Of a DNA stretch of 64,000 nucleotides, positions 26,221 to 38,457 are shown piece by piece (position 1 is the stretch's first letter; the number at the start of each line of letters is the position of its first letter). The position numbers were made by a program, and so were the translations under genes. Source of the DNA: Chiloscyllium plagiosum. Lineage: Eukaryota. Under the pieces are notes generated by a model that saw only the letters and a program-made list of their open reading frames with translations, had not been told where the DNA came from and searched no databases. The DNA lies in the NCBI RefSeq assembly GCF_004010195.1, contig NC_057717.1:103940282-104004281 (forward strand), read 5' to 3'.

Positions 26221-26350
26221 ACTTTGGGGATGAATTCTTCTTAACAGTAGCTCTCAAATGGTTTTGATAGTGAAAATGAGTGCATTCAGGAGGTGAATGT
26301 TTGCATCCTCCCCAGGCAGAGTTGGTAATCAGGTTTTTGTATGGTTCCAG

Positions 26351-26508
26351 GTACTTTCAAAATCCAGAAGACAAGATTGCGAAAAGAGGGTTTTGACTTG
26401 CACCAGACAAATGACAGACTGTACTTCCTGGATTCCAGACTGGGGAAGTACATTCCCCTCGATAAGAACGTCTATGACGCTATCCTGGCTGGAAATTACC
26501 ATCTATAG
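26351..26508 (+). CDS. SLC27A1: SLC27A1 last coding exon
   Basis: Acceptor ggttccAG. Encodes (S)[51 protein letters not shown], then TAG at 26506-26508; matches the FATP1 C-terminus. Confidence 0.93.
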
Positions 26509-29500
26509 TTCGATGAATCGAGTACTGGGCAGTTAACAATGTTTCTCTTTTTAAAAAAAAAATCACCAAGAAAAGGATGAAGGGCTTGACTTGTCTGAAG
26601 AGTTAAATTAAAACCTGCCCAGAGCAAGAAAAAAACAAATGTGAAATGAAACATTGGCTAACTTTAGAGAGCTGAGTGTGATCCCATCTGAGTACTGTTT
26701 GTCATAAAGAGCGAACTCTTGTTTCTCCAGGTGACTGTCAGGATGGCTCATAATCTGCACTCAATGCCCTCCGTTCCAATCTCCAATCTAGAATTCATAC
26801 ATTGGAAGAAGCAATACTGATGCCTGAGGAGGAGGGATGGACAGATCTGATTCCGTATCACCACCACTCGAGCAATTAAACTCTCCTACAGCTTGCTTCA
26901 TCCGTTCCATTGTGCCCTTGCAAACACACCATGTGCTCAGAGTCCAGAAGATGCACTAAGCTGTTAACTCTCTACAGGAACGCTGGCTTCAAATGCGAGC
27001 ATTACCAATGTCTCTCTCCCTTTGCCCTCACTGCAGTCTGCCCACAGCCAACCATTCTGTGCTAAACCTCCAATCTCTCTATAATCCTGTGTTGTTTTTT
27101 TTTGATTAATTACATGTGGCTGCAGTCACAGAGCAGTTACTACACAGAAGGAGCCCTGTCTGCCCCACATGCTCCCTTTCACCCTGCCCTCTGAACTCGG
27201 TTTACCATTGTGCAACTGCAAGTGGCCGGGGAGATGTTTTGGGGTCGCACGGGGGGGCAATGAGATTCTGTGCCCCAGCCTGCCTTGGTAAATTCTTTGC
27301 AACAAGGATGTGGCTCATTATCCTGTAACAACCGTGTCCGTGCATTCACCGACAGGGGCTCAGAAAGGCTTGATTCACTATCCAGTTGTCTGAACCTGGA
27401 AACTAGACAGATTTCTTCCTTAAAATGATTTGGTCGTTAATGCTCAACATGGCTACGCTCAACTTATGGTCAATGAGAACATTGAAGGAAAATGAGTTGA
27501 GTTTGCAGTGGTTTGACCAATGTTCTTGCCAGTTAGTCCCTTCATCCTCCTAAATCTATTCACCCTCAGTAGATGCACTACCACTCAACTTATGGTCAAT
27601 GAGAACATTGAAGGAAAATGAGTTGTTGAGTTTGCAGTGGTTTGACCAATGTTCTTGCCAGTTAGTCCCTTCATCCTCCTAAATCTATTGACCCTCAGTA
27701 GATGCACTACCACCTCTAATGGAGGTTTATATGACTCGTGATCAAACAAAATGTATCCTTTGACTTTGCCCCACCCCCTTTGCCAAAAGTGAAAACTCCC
27801 AAAATATTAGCCGACTGCTTTTTAAAGTTTTGAAATAATTTTGGTGTTTAAGTCAGGGTAACCTCATTAATCCGCCCTGAATGTCAAAAGGCAAACTTCC
27901 CGCTTAAGGTCAGACACACCCAACCTGCTGTACCAGGGTCTGCAGTCCCAGCCACATCCCAATTCTGGGCTCAGTCTCTGGCTTTGCTGCAAGGAAGGGT
28001 GGGTACCCTAACTCCAGTGTCGGCATTGGCCTGCCAATCTCCACGGAATCAGCCTTGAATTCAGGCCTGGGTTGGAAGATTAAGCACTGTTCCTGCTGGA
28101 GGACGGAAAGAGGAAGTGGGTTGCAGTAAGGGGAAGTAAAAGCATTCTGGTGCACGTTCGCTTGGTCTGGGACAGTTTCACTCCCTAACAGAATGAATTT
28201 GCTGTTCCCCTCACGGAGCAAGATGGGCAAACAATACTGATTCCTTGCTGTGGTGCCAACCCCACAACAGGAGCTGCTGTAAACACAGGCCCAGTGACGC
28301 TGAGAGCATGGATATTGAAGGGAAATGCTGTCAGTAACATCCTCTGCCACTATTACTTTAAATGTTTCCTGACAGGCCAGTCATACAGTGCTCTTACCTC
28401 AGTTATGTTAGAACAGTGTATAAACACTACTGTAGATTTGTACCTGTCCTATTCCCCTCTGTCTATACCTCTGAGATACTCCCTCCTGATGACTCACTGC
28501 TTCCTTCCGATTCCCAGCCAACTCCTTGTCAATAAGACATTCTTCACACAAGTCAGTGTGACTTATGTGTCACTTGGTGCAGAATCATAACATCTTGTGA
28601 TTGATATTCAGACTCGGCTTTCTCTCTGGAAGGGGTGACTGGGCAATGATCAGGCGTGCCCAGCCTTCATGGAACCTCCCTCACCCTCTAGCCCCCTCAT
28701 TCAGGGTCAGAGAGCTTGTCTGGTGTGCAATTGCTGCTATCTTCATCGCAACTGGAACCAACATACAACTGGAACCAACTATTTTGAATAGGCCAGTTAG
28801 GTCAGCGCTGTGTCCTCTCTAACTGTTCACAGTCCAACTTTGACTGACTTTGTCTGCATGAGACTGAATGATCTCTGGTTGCTGCTGCACTCTCCACTTT
28901 TAACTGTCTGCCTCTTCCCCCCCCCCCCCACTCCCCAGGTAACGGAGTCAGTGAAGTGTTTCTGAGGTTAGTGCAAAGCTAGTCTCAACCGAAAGGAGAT
29001 TGTCAGTGATGGGAGGTTTATGGGCAGTGCAAGCGATTGGCTGTGAGACAACAGTGTGCTGTAGATAAGGAAACGTTTTGATTATTACATTTCGGAACCG
29101 GCACAAGAGTCTGGTTTGTAAAATTTGTTGGAAAACTTGCCCGCAGCCTGTCTGTCCAGCACCAGATAAGGCCCCGTCTGAAGAACAGCCTGTTTGAGGC
29201 CCCATTGTTATTTTTCTAGAAGTCAGGATATTAGCAGACACCTCGCAGCAGCTTTGGTCCCTATCTCATCCTCGCTGCACCTGGGAATAACCCCTCATCC
29301 CTTCCATTGATCCCTGGAGCAGAAACATGGCGTGGGGACCAACAGGAATGGTCCCGGGATGTGGGAAACAAAGGTGTTCGGAGTCGGGAGAGGTGGGGGA
29401 GGTGAAGTTGCAGGGTGGAGTTGGAAAGGGTGGTTAAGGTTCCATCTCCTAAATATCCCAGGGCTTTTTTTTAAGGGAGAGAGAGCAGGGGGGAAAGTCA

Positions 29501-30300
29501 GAGTGCAGGCCCCAATGTCCAGACCAGGATATGAGGCTGCTACCTGGTCTTTCCTCACTCCCCCTCCATAGAGATTTACTGGTGGTGACAGGGTTGCAAA
29601 ATGTTTCTGAGTACACCTTTTGGTCCACTTGAATTATGCTTGCGTCTCGTTATTAGAACCTTAACAATGGGATTAAAGGGAATTTTTCTTTTTCGCAAAG
29701 ACTTGACCATTAAAGAAGCTAGTGCAGGACTAGTCAAAGTTAGACACTAGTAATGAGTTCTGAAAGCTAACACCCTCTAAAGAAATATATTTTCTTAATA
29801 TACGGAATGTGAAAATGCTCAGATAAGGAATATTAAAAGCTCATAGGATTTGTCTTGTCCTTCTGGTTCGTCCGCTCTGAGGATGCTACTGGAAGTTTTA
29901 GTGTGGGACTTGGCTAACTTAAAATGCATTTCACTTTCCGAATAACTTTGCTTTTTATCGATGGGCGAAGCACAAATGAAACTTTTTAACAGGAAAAATG
30001 TGTTTGAGCCGCCTGTTAATGAGTGAATACAAGGTGTCCGCACCCAAGCAATGGTGTACAAGGTGACATTTAAAAGCAATAAGAGTGATGCATTGATCAG
30101 AAACACCTTCTGTTCGAGTATTGGTTTCCCTTTGTGTCACAGATTGATGTGTTAATGTTAATGTTCCTCGATGTGTTTTAACCATATGGGTCACTGCTGC
30201 CTGTACCTGTGAACACATTGCAGAACCGCTTTCCAGAGTGTTGTACTCTTCTGTCTGTCTTGATAGAAATGCCATTAAACTTTGTGTGCCTTAAATATTC
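26509..30300 (+). other. SLC27A1: Probable long SLC27A1 3' UTR
   Basis: About 3.8 kb after the stop with no recognisable TE, unlike the flanks. Candidate ATTAAA at 30274-30279 followed by GT-rich sequence; other ATTAAA sites also exist, so the end is uncertain. Confidence 0.4.
27458..27713. repeat. Two-copy tandem duplication of about 126 bp
   Basis: CTCAACTTATGGTCAATGAGAAC...GATGCACTACCAC starts at 27458 and again at 27584; the copies differ by a 3-bp indel and one substitution. Confidence 0.92.
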
Positions 30301-30384
30301 ACTCCATGTCGGTGGGTGAGGATTATTCCAATTAGCTATGGAATGGTACCCAAGTTGTTGAATTTCAATAGAATATTTAGAATG

Positions 30385-30655
30385 AGTAGAAACTCCACGG
30401 TGTGGAATCCGGCCATTCGGCCCATCGAGTCGACACCAGCCCTCTGGAGAGCGTCCTACCCAGGCCCAATCTCCTCTACCCTACCCCTGTAACCCTGCAT
30501 TTCCCATAGCTAATTCACCCAGCCTGCACACTACGGGCAATTTAGCATGGCCAATCCACCTAACCTGCACGAGAATGTGCAAACTCCACACAGTCACCCG
30601 AGGCTGGAATTGAACCTGGGTCCCTGGCGCTGTGAGGCAGCAGTGACCACCACAG
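30385..30655 (-). mobile_element. V-SINE, diverged
   Basis: Reverse complement of the V-SINE consensus seen elsewhere in the window. Confidence 0.75.
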
Positions 30656-31531
30656 AGGTGGGATTTCACCAGAAGCTAGATCCAGTGTCACGTTTAGGGA
30701 CATTCCTGTTGGTCCCCCAGCCATGTTTCTGCTCACTCTGGTAAGTAGACCTTGCGTGTTTTACAATCTGCGATGTCCCTTAACCACACCTAGTATTTGA
30801 GTAAAGGATAGTGACTGTCCACCTTAGACTCTGTACACCAGTCACTAAATATTACCAAGAGAAATAGTTCTGTTTTAAAAAGCAGACTGAATGCACACTG
30901 TCAGACCCATCAGAGTGGTTTTATTTTAAACAAATTGATAATTGCCTTGTTTCTTACATTCCAACAGTGACTGCATTTCCAGATGAATTTAATTGGCTGT
31001 GAATCACATCTTTCTCCTCTCACCTTAAAAATATGCAGCTAGTTTTGAACTCCCCGAACCTAGGGAAAACACCCTTGCTGTTCACCCTATCTATGCCCCT
31101 CATGATGTTACAGACGTCTATACAGTCGCCCATCAGCCTTGCCAGTGGACACTCAAATCTTGCATTCCCAGCAATATCCTAGTAAATCTTTTCCGATCCA
31201 TCTCCAATTTAATAATATCCTTCATATATCAGGGCAACCAGGACTATATTCCAGAAGAGGCCTGATCAGTGATATCACAAAAATGGAAGTAGATAGTCTT
31301 GGTGGAGTTGATATGGGTTCAGAAACTTTGCAGCTTCAAATGCAAAAAAAAGAGATTCAATGTCAAATAGCAGCCGGGAACTGATGAGAACCTGAACTTT
31401 GTGAAAAGTTATTTTCCTACATTAACAAAACTTCATTTTTTGTCCAGTTGCCCAGGTATCTCCTAATGCTGTGTATCCACCACATTCTATGCACGGTGTT
31501 TAAGGATATTCTGAAAAGAATATTGCAAAGG

Positions 31532-31845
31532 ACGGTACGGTGGCTCAGTGGTTAGCACTGCTGCCTCACAACACCAGGGACCCTGGTTTGATTCCAGCCT
31601 GGAGCAACTGTGTGTGGAGTTTGCATATTCTCCCCATGTCTGTGCAGGGGTTTCCTCCCACAGTCCAAAGATGTGCAGGTTAGGTGGATTGGCCATGGGA
31701 AATTGTCTTGTAGTGTCTAAGGATGTGCAGGCTTGGTGGGTTAGCCATGGTAATCTCAGGGTTGCGAGGATAGGGGCTGGGTGCCAAACTTTACAGACTT
31801 AATGGGCTGAAGGGCCTCCCTACAAACTGTAGGGATTCTATGACT
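31532..31845 (+). mobile_element. V-SINE
   Basis: GTGGCTCAGTGGTTAGCACTGCTGCCTCAC head and V core. Confidence 0.82.
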
Positions 31846-32641
31846 CAGTAATTTGCTGCTGATGTCCAGAATATCTCTCGATCTCTGTCCAATGTTTCTA
31901 GATAAAATGGAATTGCAGTCCTGCAACAATCAGCTTTGTTTATTTGGCTGAGGGATGTCTGATTCGTATAAACGTAGAAAATAAGGGTAGACCATTCAGC
32001 CCTCTGATCATCCAGCTGAGTAACCTGATCTCACCTTCTATCCATACCATAGAGTCATTCAGCACAGGAACAGACCCTTCAGTCTAACTCTTCAATGCCT
32101 ACTCTTTGATACCTTTAGAGCTGTATCTCTACTTATTTGAAGATGCAGCAGTTCTGTACCTTTGAGACTTCTTGTATAAAACTACACTCTCCTGCAGTCG
32201 ATTTCCAAGACGTTTAAGTAAGCCCAGCTCAGTAAGACAAAGATGGAGAGAAACCTCATGTTCCTGATTTCTTTTGTTAGCCGTATTTTTATGCACGGTC
32301 ACGAAAATCCAGCCTTTAAGCTCCTCTGCGTTCTGTTTCTCCGAATCAATCACTCGGGTTTCCACAATGAACAAGCTCTCGTCTGCCAAGAGCCGCTTTG
32401 TGATTTTTCTCCGGTGTTCCAGCTATTTGTGAATGAAACTTCCTGAGGATTGGTGCCAACCCATTCATGGGCCCAGGTCATGAGGTAGACACTCTCTCCT
32501 TTCCCAGGACTCTCCCAGAGTGTACGCTGACGAGAGATCGCGACCCCTTGGCCAATCACAAAGCCCTTTTTCTCACGCTGAAGAAATGTCGGCAGTAGCG
32601 CACTCTCAGTCCCAACCCCTGTATCCACTGAGCTGCAATCT

Positions 32642-33090
32642 CACAGAGTCGGAGAGGTGTACAGCACGGAAACAGACCCTTCAGTCCAACTCATTATCTG
32701 GTCCCATTTGCCAGCACTTGGCCCATATCCTTCCAAACCCTTCCTATTCATGCCCTCATCCAGATGCCTTTTAAATGTTGTAATTATACCAGCCTCCACC
32801 ACTTCCTCTGGCAGCTCATTCCACACACGTACCACTCCTTCTGCATGAAAATGTTGCCCCTTCGGTCCCTTTTAAATCTTTCCCCTCTCACCTTAAACCT
32901 ATGCCCACTAGTTTTGGTTCCCCTACCCTGGGGAAAAGGCCTTGGCTTTTCATCCTATCCATGCCCCTCATGATTTTATAAACCTCTATAAGGTTTTATA
33001 AACCTCTGTACCCCTCAGCTTCCAACGCTCCAGGGAAAATTCAGCCTCTCCCTGTAGCCCAAGCACTCCAATCCCGGCAACATCCTTGAA
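32642..33090 (-). mobile_element. CR1 3' fragment
   Basis: Minus-strand VRVWNELPEEVVEAG...FKRHLD plus CR1 3' UTR. Confidence 0.85.
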
Positions 33091-33756
33091 AGGGCTCAGA
33101 AGATTTACAAGTTTAACAGCATCTTTCCCGTTGAAAACAAAAAATGCTGGCAATCACAACAGGTCAGGCAGCCTCCGTGGAGAGAGAGCGTGAGCTAACA
33201 TTTTGAGTCTAGATAATTCTTCATCAGAGCTTGCTCTCTCTCCATGGAGGCTACCTGACCCGCTGCGATCTGCAGCCCTTTCTGTTTTCAGTACGGATTC
33301 CAGCGTTGGCAGTAATTAGCTCCAAGGTATGTCCTACAGCCGGGAGACCAGAATTGAACGGAGTGTGCCAAAAGGATTCTCCCCAATGTCCTTAAAGGGC
33401 CAGACCATGGGAGATGGTGCTGCGGCAGAGGCCTATGTTTTTGGTGGAGTTGGAATCCCTCCGGTTTGGTTCAGTAAAGGGTGGGCCTGTGCCTTTTGAG
33501 GAGAGCAATAAGGAACTCCGTTATAGCAGCTATTAATCAAGAGGAGGCGAGCGTGTGGTGCTGGGAAAGCACAGCAGGTCAGGCAGCATCCGAGGAGCAG
33601 GAGTATCAATGTTTCGGGCAAAAACCCTTCATCTGGAGGGTAGAGGCCAGCGAACGGTTTCCAGCTCCACCTTGTTATTTTGTGAGGCCACACATGGGGA
33701 TATGCACAGCCCAAGGATAAAACCTTTCTCTTTTCCTCCTTCATTTTGCTTAGCGA

Positions 33757-34146
33757 GTTTTGAGAAGATTTATAGCTCAGGTTGAGGTTCTGGATGTAGG
33801 TTTGCTCGCAGAGCTGGAAGGTTCATTTCCAGACGTTTCGCCACCCTACCAGTTAACATCTTCAGTGGGCCTCTGGGCGAAGCCTGCTGACCCTCTCTCA
33901 CTAGTATCCTCACATACGGATGAGGAAGGACACCACTTTGAATGGGACAACACATCCATCCGAGGACAAGTGAAACAGAGACATGTATGAGAATTCCTAG
34001 AAGTGTGGCATTCCAACTGGAACTCTATCAACAAACACATCGAGTTAGACCCCGTCTACCACCCCCTGAGAATAATAACAGGAAATGACATCACCACAGG
34101 AAATGACATCACCAACCCAAACATATAAATAGAAAACAGGAATCAT
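33757..34146 (+). mobile_element. Penelope-like element fragment (family C): inverted terminal repeat plus ORF C-terminus
   Basis: Decayed ORF HTDEEGHHFEWDNTSIRGQVKQRHV*EFLEVWHSNWNSINKHIELDPVY resembles the PLE GIY-YIG C-terminus. Preceded by an inverted segment carrying a hammerhead motif. Confidence 0.7.
33829..33868 (-). ncRNA. Minimal hammerhead ribozyme motif (family C)
   Basis: Minus strand CCA-CUGAAGA-U-GUUAAC-UGGUAG-GGUGGC-GAAA-CG-UC-UGG; stem I CCA/UGG. Confidence 0.6.
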
Positions 34147-34523
34147 TTTGCTTGGAAGGAACTGCCTCATTTCCATTTTTACCACCATCAGTCCAGAGCT
34201 CAGTCAGTCTGGACTGGGTACAGTTTCTGCATCACTCTCCATCCCCTCACTGCTGAACGCAAAACCTCTTTTTAACAGGGAAAGTTTCTTTTTTTAACAT
34301 TTTCAAAACCTTGGTAATTTATGGATGTCAGCTCCTTCAGACAACAATTAGAATAACACCGCTCAGGGGCTCTGCCATTCGGTCCATTGTGACTGTGCTG
34401 GCTGCTTGAAGGAGCTCTCCAGTTACGTCCCACTCTCTTACCCCAAACTCAGCAAGTTCCCACCTTCCAGTATCTATTCCAACTGCTTTTAAAAACTTAC
34501 TGTTGAATCAAGACCTTCAGGCT

Positions 34524-34855
34524 GTGAGGAGAAAGTGAGGACTGCAGATGCTGGAGATCAGAATCAAAGAGTGTGGTGCTGGAAAAGCACGGCCGGTCAG
34601 GCAGCATCCGAGGAGCAGGAGGGTCGAGCATACGCCCTTCATCAGGAATGTGGAGAGGGGGCACCAAGGGGACTGAGAGGTGAATGGGAGGGAAGGGTGG
34701 GGCAGGAGGGGATGATCCCACTCCTATTCCTCCCCAGTCCTGGGGAAGTGTTTCAGCCTGAAACGTTGACTTTCCTGCTCCTCGGATGCTGTCTGACCTG
34801 CCGTGCTCTTCCAGCTCCGTATCTATTGACTCTGACTTCCAGCAGCTTCGGTCCT
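34524..34855. mobile_element. Penelope family A inverted pair
   Basis: Reverse copy at about 34524-34660 and forward copy at about 34755-34850. Confidence 0.7.
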
Positions 34856-35136
34856 CCCTGGCTCCCATTCCTTCCCTTTCTTGTAGCTTTACTCGTTGGA
34901 TTCTCTGTCACCATGTCCTCTCTTGTCTCCACCCAAGCCCAGTGAGACTGTCTTCTTTCCAATCTGGGAGTTAGACACACACCATTGTTCTTCCAGCCTC
35001 ACGTTCCAATCCCCACTTTATCTGAACTATCAACACCCTTTCTTTCCCCAGAACTCCATCCCACCCCTTCCATTATTACATAAATGTTGCCCCTCTATCT
35101 AGACTCGAAACTTGCTGTCTCTGCATTGTTTTATTC

Positions 35137-35407
35137 TAGATTCCCTACAATGTGGACACAGGCCCTTCAGCCCATCAAGTCCACACCGACCCTCCGAAGA
35201 GTAACCCACCCAGACCCATTCCCCTCTGACTAATACACTTAACACTATGGGCAATTTAGCATGGCCAATTCACCTGAGGAGGAAACCCACACAGACACGG
35301 GGAGAATGTGCAAACTCAACACAGACATTTGCCCGAGGCTGGAATTGAACCTGGGATCCTGGTGCTGTGAGGCAGCAGTGCTAACCACTGTGCCACCGCG
35401 CCACCCT
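35137..35407 (-). mobile_element. V-SINE
   Basis: Reverse-complement V-SINE with an internal deletion. Confidence 0.82.
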
Positions 35408-35881
35408 TAGTTACTATTAAATCTGCTTCTGTCACCCTTTCAGTCAGCTCATTCCAGATCCTAGCAACTGGCTGTGTTTAAAATATGATCCTTATCTGCT
35501 CCTTGCTTCTGGGCGTGTTACCTGCTTGTCCTATGAAAAAAAGGTTAGGTCTATACTCATTCGAGGAATAAAAGGTGATCTGAATGAAATGTGAAAAAAA
35601 GAATGCCATTTTAGGGTGGGTGCACTCAGCCTTTTTCCCAGGGTTTGGGAATCGAGGACCAGAGGGCATCAGGTTAAAGACGAATAAAAGGGAACCCGAG
35701 GGGCAACTTTTTTACCCAGAGGGTGAGATGCGTATGGAATGAGCTGCCAGTGGAAGTGGTTGAGGAGGGTACACTAACAACATTTGAAAGGCATCTGGAC
35801 GAATACATGGAGAGGAAAGGATTAGAAGGATGTGGGCCAAGTGCAGGGAAATGGGGTTAGCGTGGATGGACATTTTGGTCG

Positions 35882-36598
35882 TGTTATGTCACAGGTTAAA
35901 CTCTCCTGCTTAATTTAAAACTAGCAACACAGAAAAGATTTATCCCATGCAGCAATCTGTAAACGTTCGAGTGGCCAAAAACTATGTAAAGTAAAAATTA
36001 ACAACTTTGTTTCTTAAAGTATAACAGAGAATAATTAATTAACCCCTATTTACAATTTCTTTCTCTAACCTATCTTTTACCTTCCCTTCTATAATACTAG
36101 TCCAATAACACTCCCAATTAAGATTTACAAAACCACATTTCATATCTCAAAACCAGGCAGCGGTAAGTTCTTGTCTTCAAATTTTCCTGTGTCATCTTTT
36201 CTCCTTGTTAGGAATTTCTGCAGTCACAGGTTACTGATCAAAAAGGGACTTTTAAGAGAGATATTTTTTCAAGCAGTCTACATGCTAGGACTTGGCAGTT
36301 CTCCTCTCAACTGTTCAACTTTCCCCCTGGTCTTATACCCCAGACCATCGAATTGTGTCATTGATTTTAAGATTGTCAATATTCTCAATTCAAACTTGAT
36401 TGGAAATTGGTATTTTTTCAGGGTATAATTTAAACTGATTGGCCAAATACAAATATGATTTTGTCTCCAGGCAACTAGTCAATCAAGTTGTTCGACCAAG
36501 CGTTACATACATTGTTGCCTTATTGAGAACACTTGGTGCTGTGTCCGGTAGTTCTGCTGCTTTTAACTCTCTTAAAGTACACCCACATCTTCATACCA
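35882..36598 (-). mobile_element. Solo LTR (Gypsy-like), 717 bp, nested in a CR1 3' tail
   Basis: TGTTATG...CATACCA termini; 4-bp TSD GTCG/GTCA. The host CR1 tail resumes at 36599. Homologous to 63477-64000. Confidence 0.8.
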
Positions 36599-37444
36599 GT
36601 CAGCATGGACCAGTTTGGGCCGATGAGCCTTTCTCGGTGCTGTAGGACTCTACGACTCCTGGGGGCTGACTTTTAGCCACTCCTTCATCTGTTCAACTGT
36701 TTTTATGTCTTAATAAAAATGGAAAGAAGTGCAGATGCTGGAAATCAGGAACAAGAACAGAAATTGCTGGCAAAGTTTCAGCAAGTCTGGCAGCATCTGG
36801 GGAGAGAAATCAGAGTTAATGTTTCAGATCCAGTGACCCTTCCTCAGAGCAATTTTAAAATAAGAGGGCTCCTGCTTAAGACCGAGATGAGAAATTTCTT
36901 TGTTTGACTTTGGAGACTTGACCCCAGAGAGCACTGGAGGCTGGGTCATTGAATAAGTTCGAGGCTGCGTTTTTGATTGACGTCAGTCTAACCATGTTAG
37001 CGGCAGGCAAGAAGATTATTTTTATGACCACAATGAGATCAGCAAAGGTCTTATTAAACAGTGGTGCAGGTTTGAGGGGCCGAATGGCCTACTCCTTGTG
37101 TTTTGTAAGACTTTCATGCATTGCAGAGTTACTCCTGGGAAAAACAGCTGACCACATTAACCACAGCTGTGAGTAATGTTTCTATTTATTTTACAGCACT
37201 ACTTCCTTCGACAGTCCTACAACCCACCAAGACCTCTGTACTCTGATTCCAGCTTTTCCTGATTTGAATGACTACACCAGTTGGTGTTCAGGTGCCTGGG
37301 ACCCAGACTCTCGAATTCCCTCCCTAAGACTCAACACATCTCTCTTTTCCCCTTTAAAGATCATCTTTCAAACATAACTCTAACTCAGTTTGCCATCTAC
37401 CCTAATTTGCCTTGATGTGACTTAGAGTTGTATCGGTTAATGAG

Positions 37445-37645
37445 TCAGATTTGGAGGTGCCAGTGTTAGACTGGGGTGGACAAAGTTAAAAATCACACAC
37501 AGCTATAGTCCAACAGGTTTAATTGGAAGCACTAGCTTTCGGAGCGCTGCTTTTCACAACCACCTGATGAAAGAGCGGCGTTCCGAAAGCTAGTGCTTCC
37601 AAATAAACTTGTTGGACTGTAACCTGGTGTTGTGTGATTTTTAAC
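37445..37645 (+). mobile_element. Penelope-derived fold-back insertion (family B)
   Basis: Same structure as 13700-13903; TSD TTAATGAG at 37437-37444 and 37646-37653. Confidence 0.75.
37561..37595 (+). ncRNA. Degenerate hammerhead ribozyme motif (family B)
   Basis: CAC-CUGAUGA-A-AGAGC-GGC-GUUCC-GAAA-GC-UA-GUG; stem II is partly mutated. Confidence 0.5.
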
Positions 37646-38269
37646 TTAATGAGCCTGTGACATCTTAGGATCGACATTCAAGGCACTATGTAAATGTAAG
37701 TCATTGTTGAATATATATGTAGAGTAACATGGCAGCTTTTCAGTAATAAAGTTTATAAATAGCTATTTCAGTACTAAACTGCTCAACAAAGGTTGTGTTG
37801 AGTTTGCCTAATCATATCTCTGTTGAACCTTGCCAAACCCTCTGATTCAGCATATTCTTTTGTACAGCAAAGCAACTGAAAAGCAAAAATTGGTCACCAA
37901 AGCCTGATGTTAAAATTGTCATTCTTGTTTCAAATCCCTTCAAGGTCATTGGGTTGGTCTTTCTGTACCCTTCCAGCATTCATCTACTTTTTGTCTCTTC
38001 CACGCCTTCATTTTCTTTGAATTACTATTTGGTAACTGTGTCTCTAGCACCTTAGGCCCTGTGCTCTGGAATTTATAGAAGCCCATCAGTTAGGAGCCTG
38101 GAGAGGCCACTCAGCAAGATGATTTCCCCATTACATCTCCTTTATGATGACCCTTATAACAGATCAACATTTCACCTTTTGTCTGGTCACCCTCCTGTGC
38201 AGCACTTACATAGGGCATCCCATCTTACCTTCATCACCCTGCACCACTCATTACTAATCCACCTAGCCT

Positions 38270-38457
38270 GCATACCCCCAGCCGCTACAAGCAATTTAGC
38301 ATGGCCTATCCACCTAACCTGCATCTTGGGAGGAAGGCAGAGCAACTGGAGGAAACCCATGCAAACACGAACTCCACACAGACAGTCACCCAAGAGTGGA
38401 ATTGAACCCAGGTCCTTTGCACTGTAAGGCAGCAGTGCTAACCACTGAGCCACCATG
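38270..38457 (-). mobile_element. V-SINE, diverged
   Basis: Reverse-complement head and core. Confidence 0.7.

Noticed and set aside
33205..33640. Further hammerhead-like cores (about 33205-33230 and 33605-33636 on minus; also 34636-34650, 39892 and 49176)
   Set aside because: The core or GAAA is mutated or deleted; counted as decayed repeat copies, not ribozymes.
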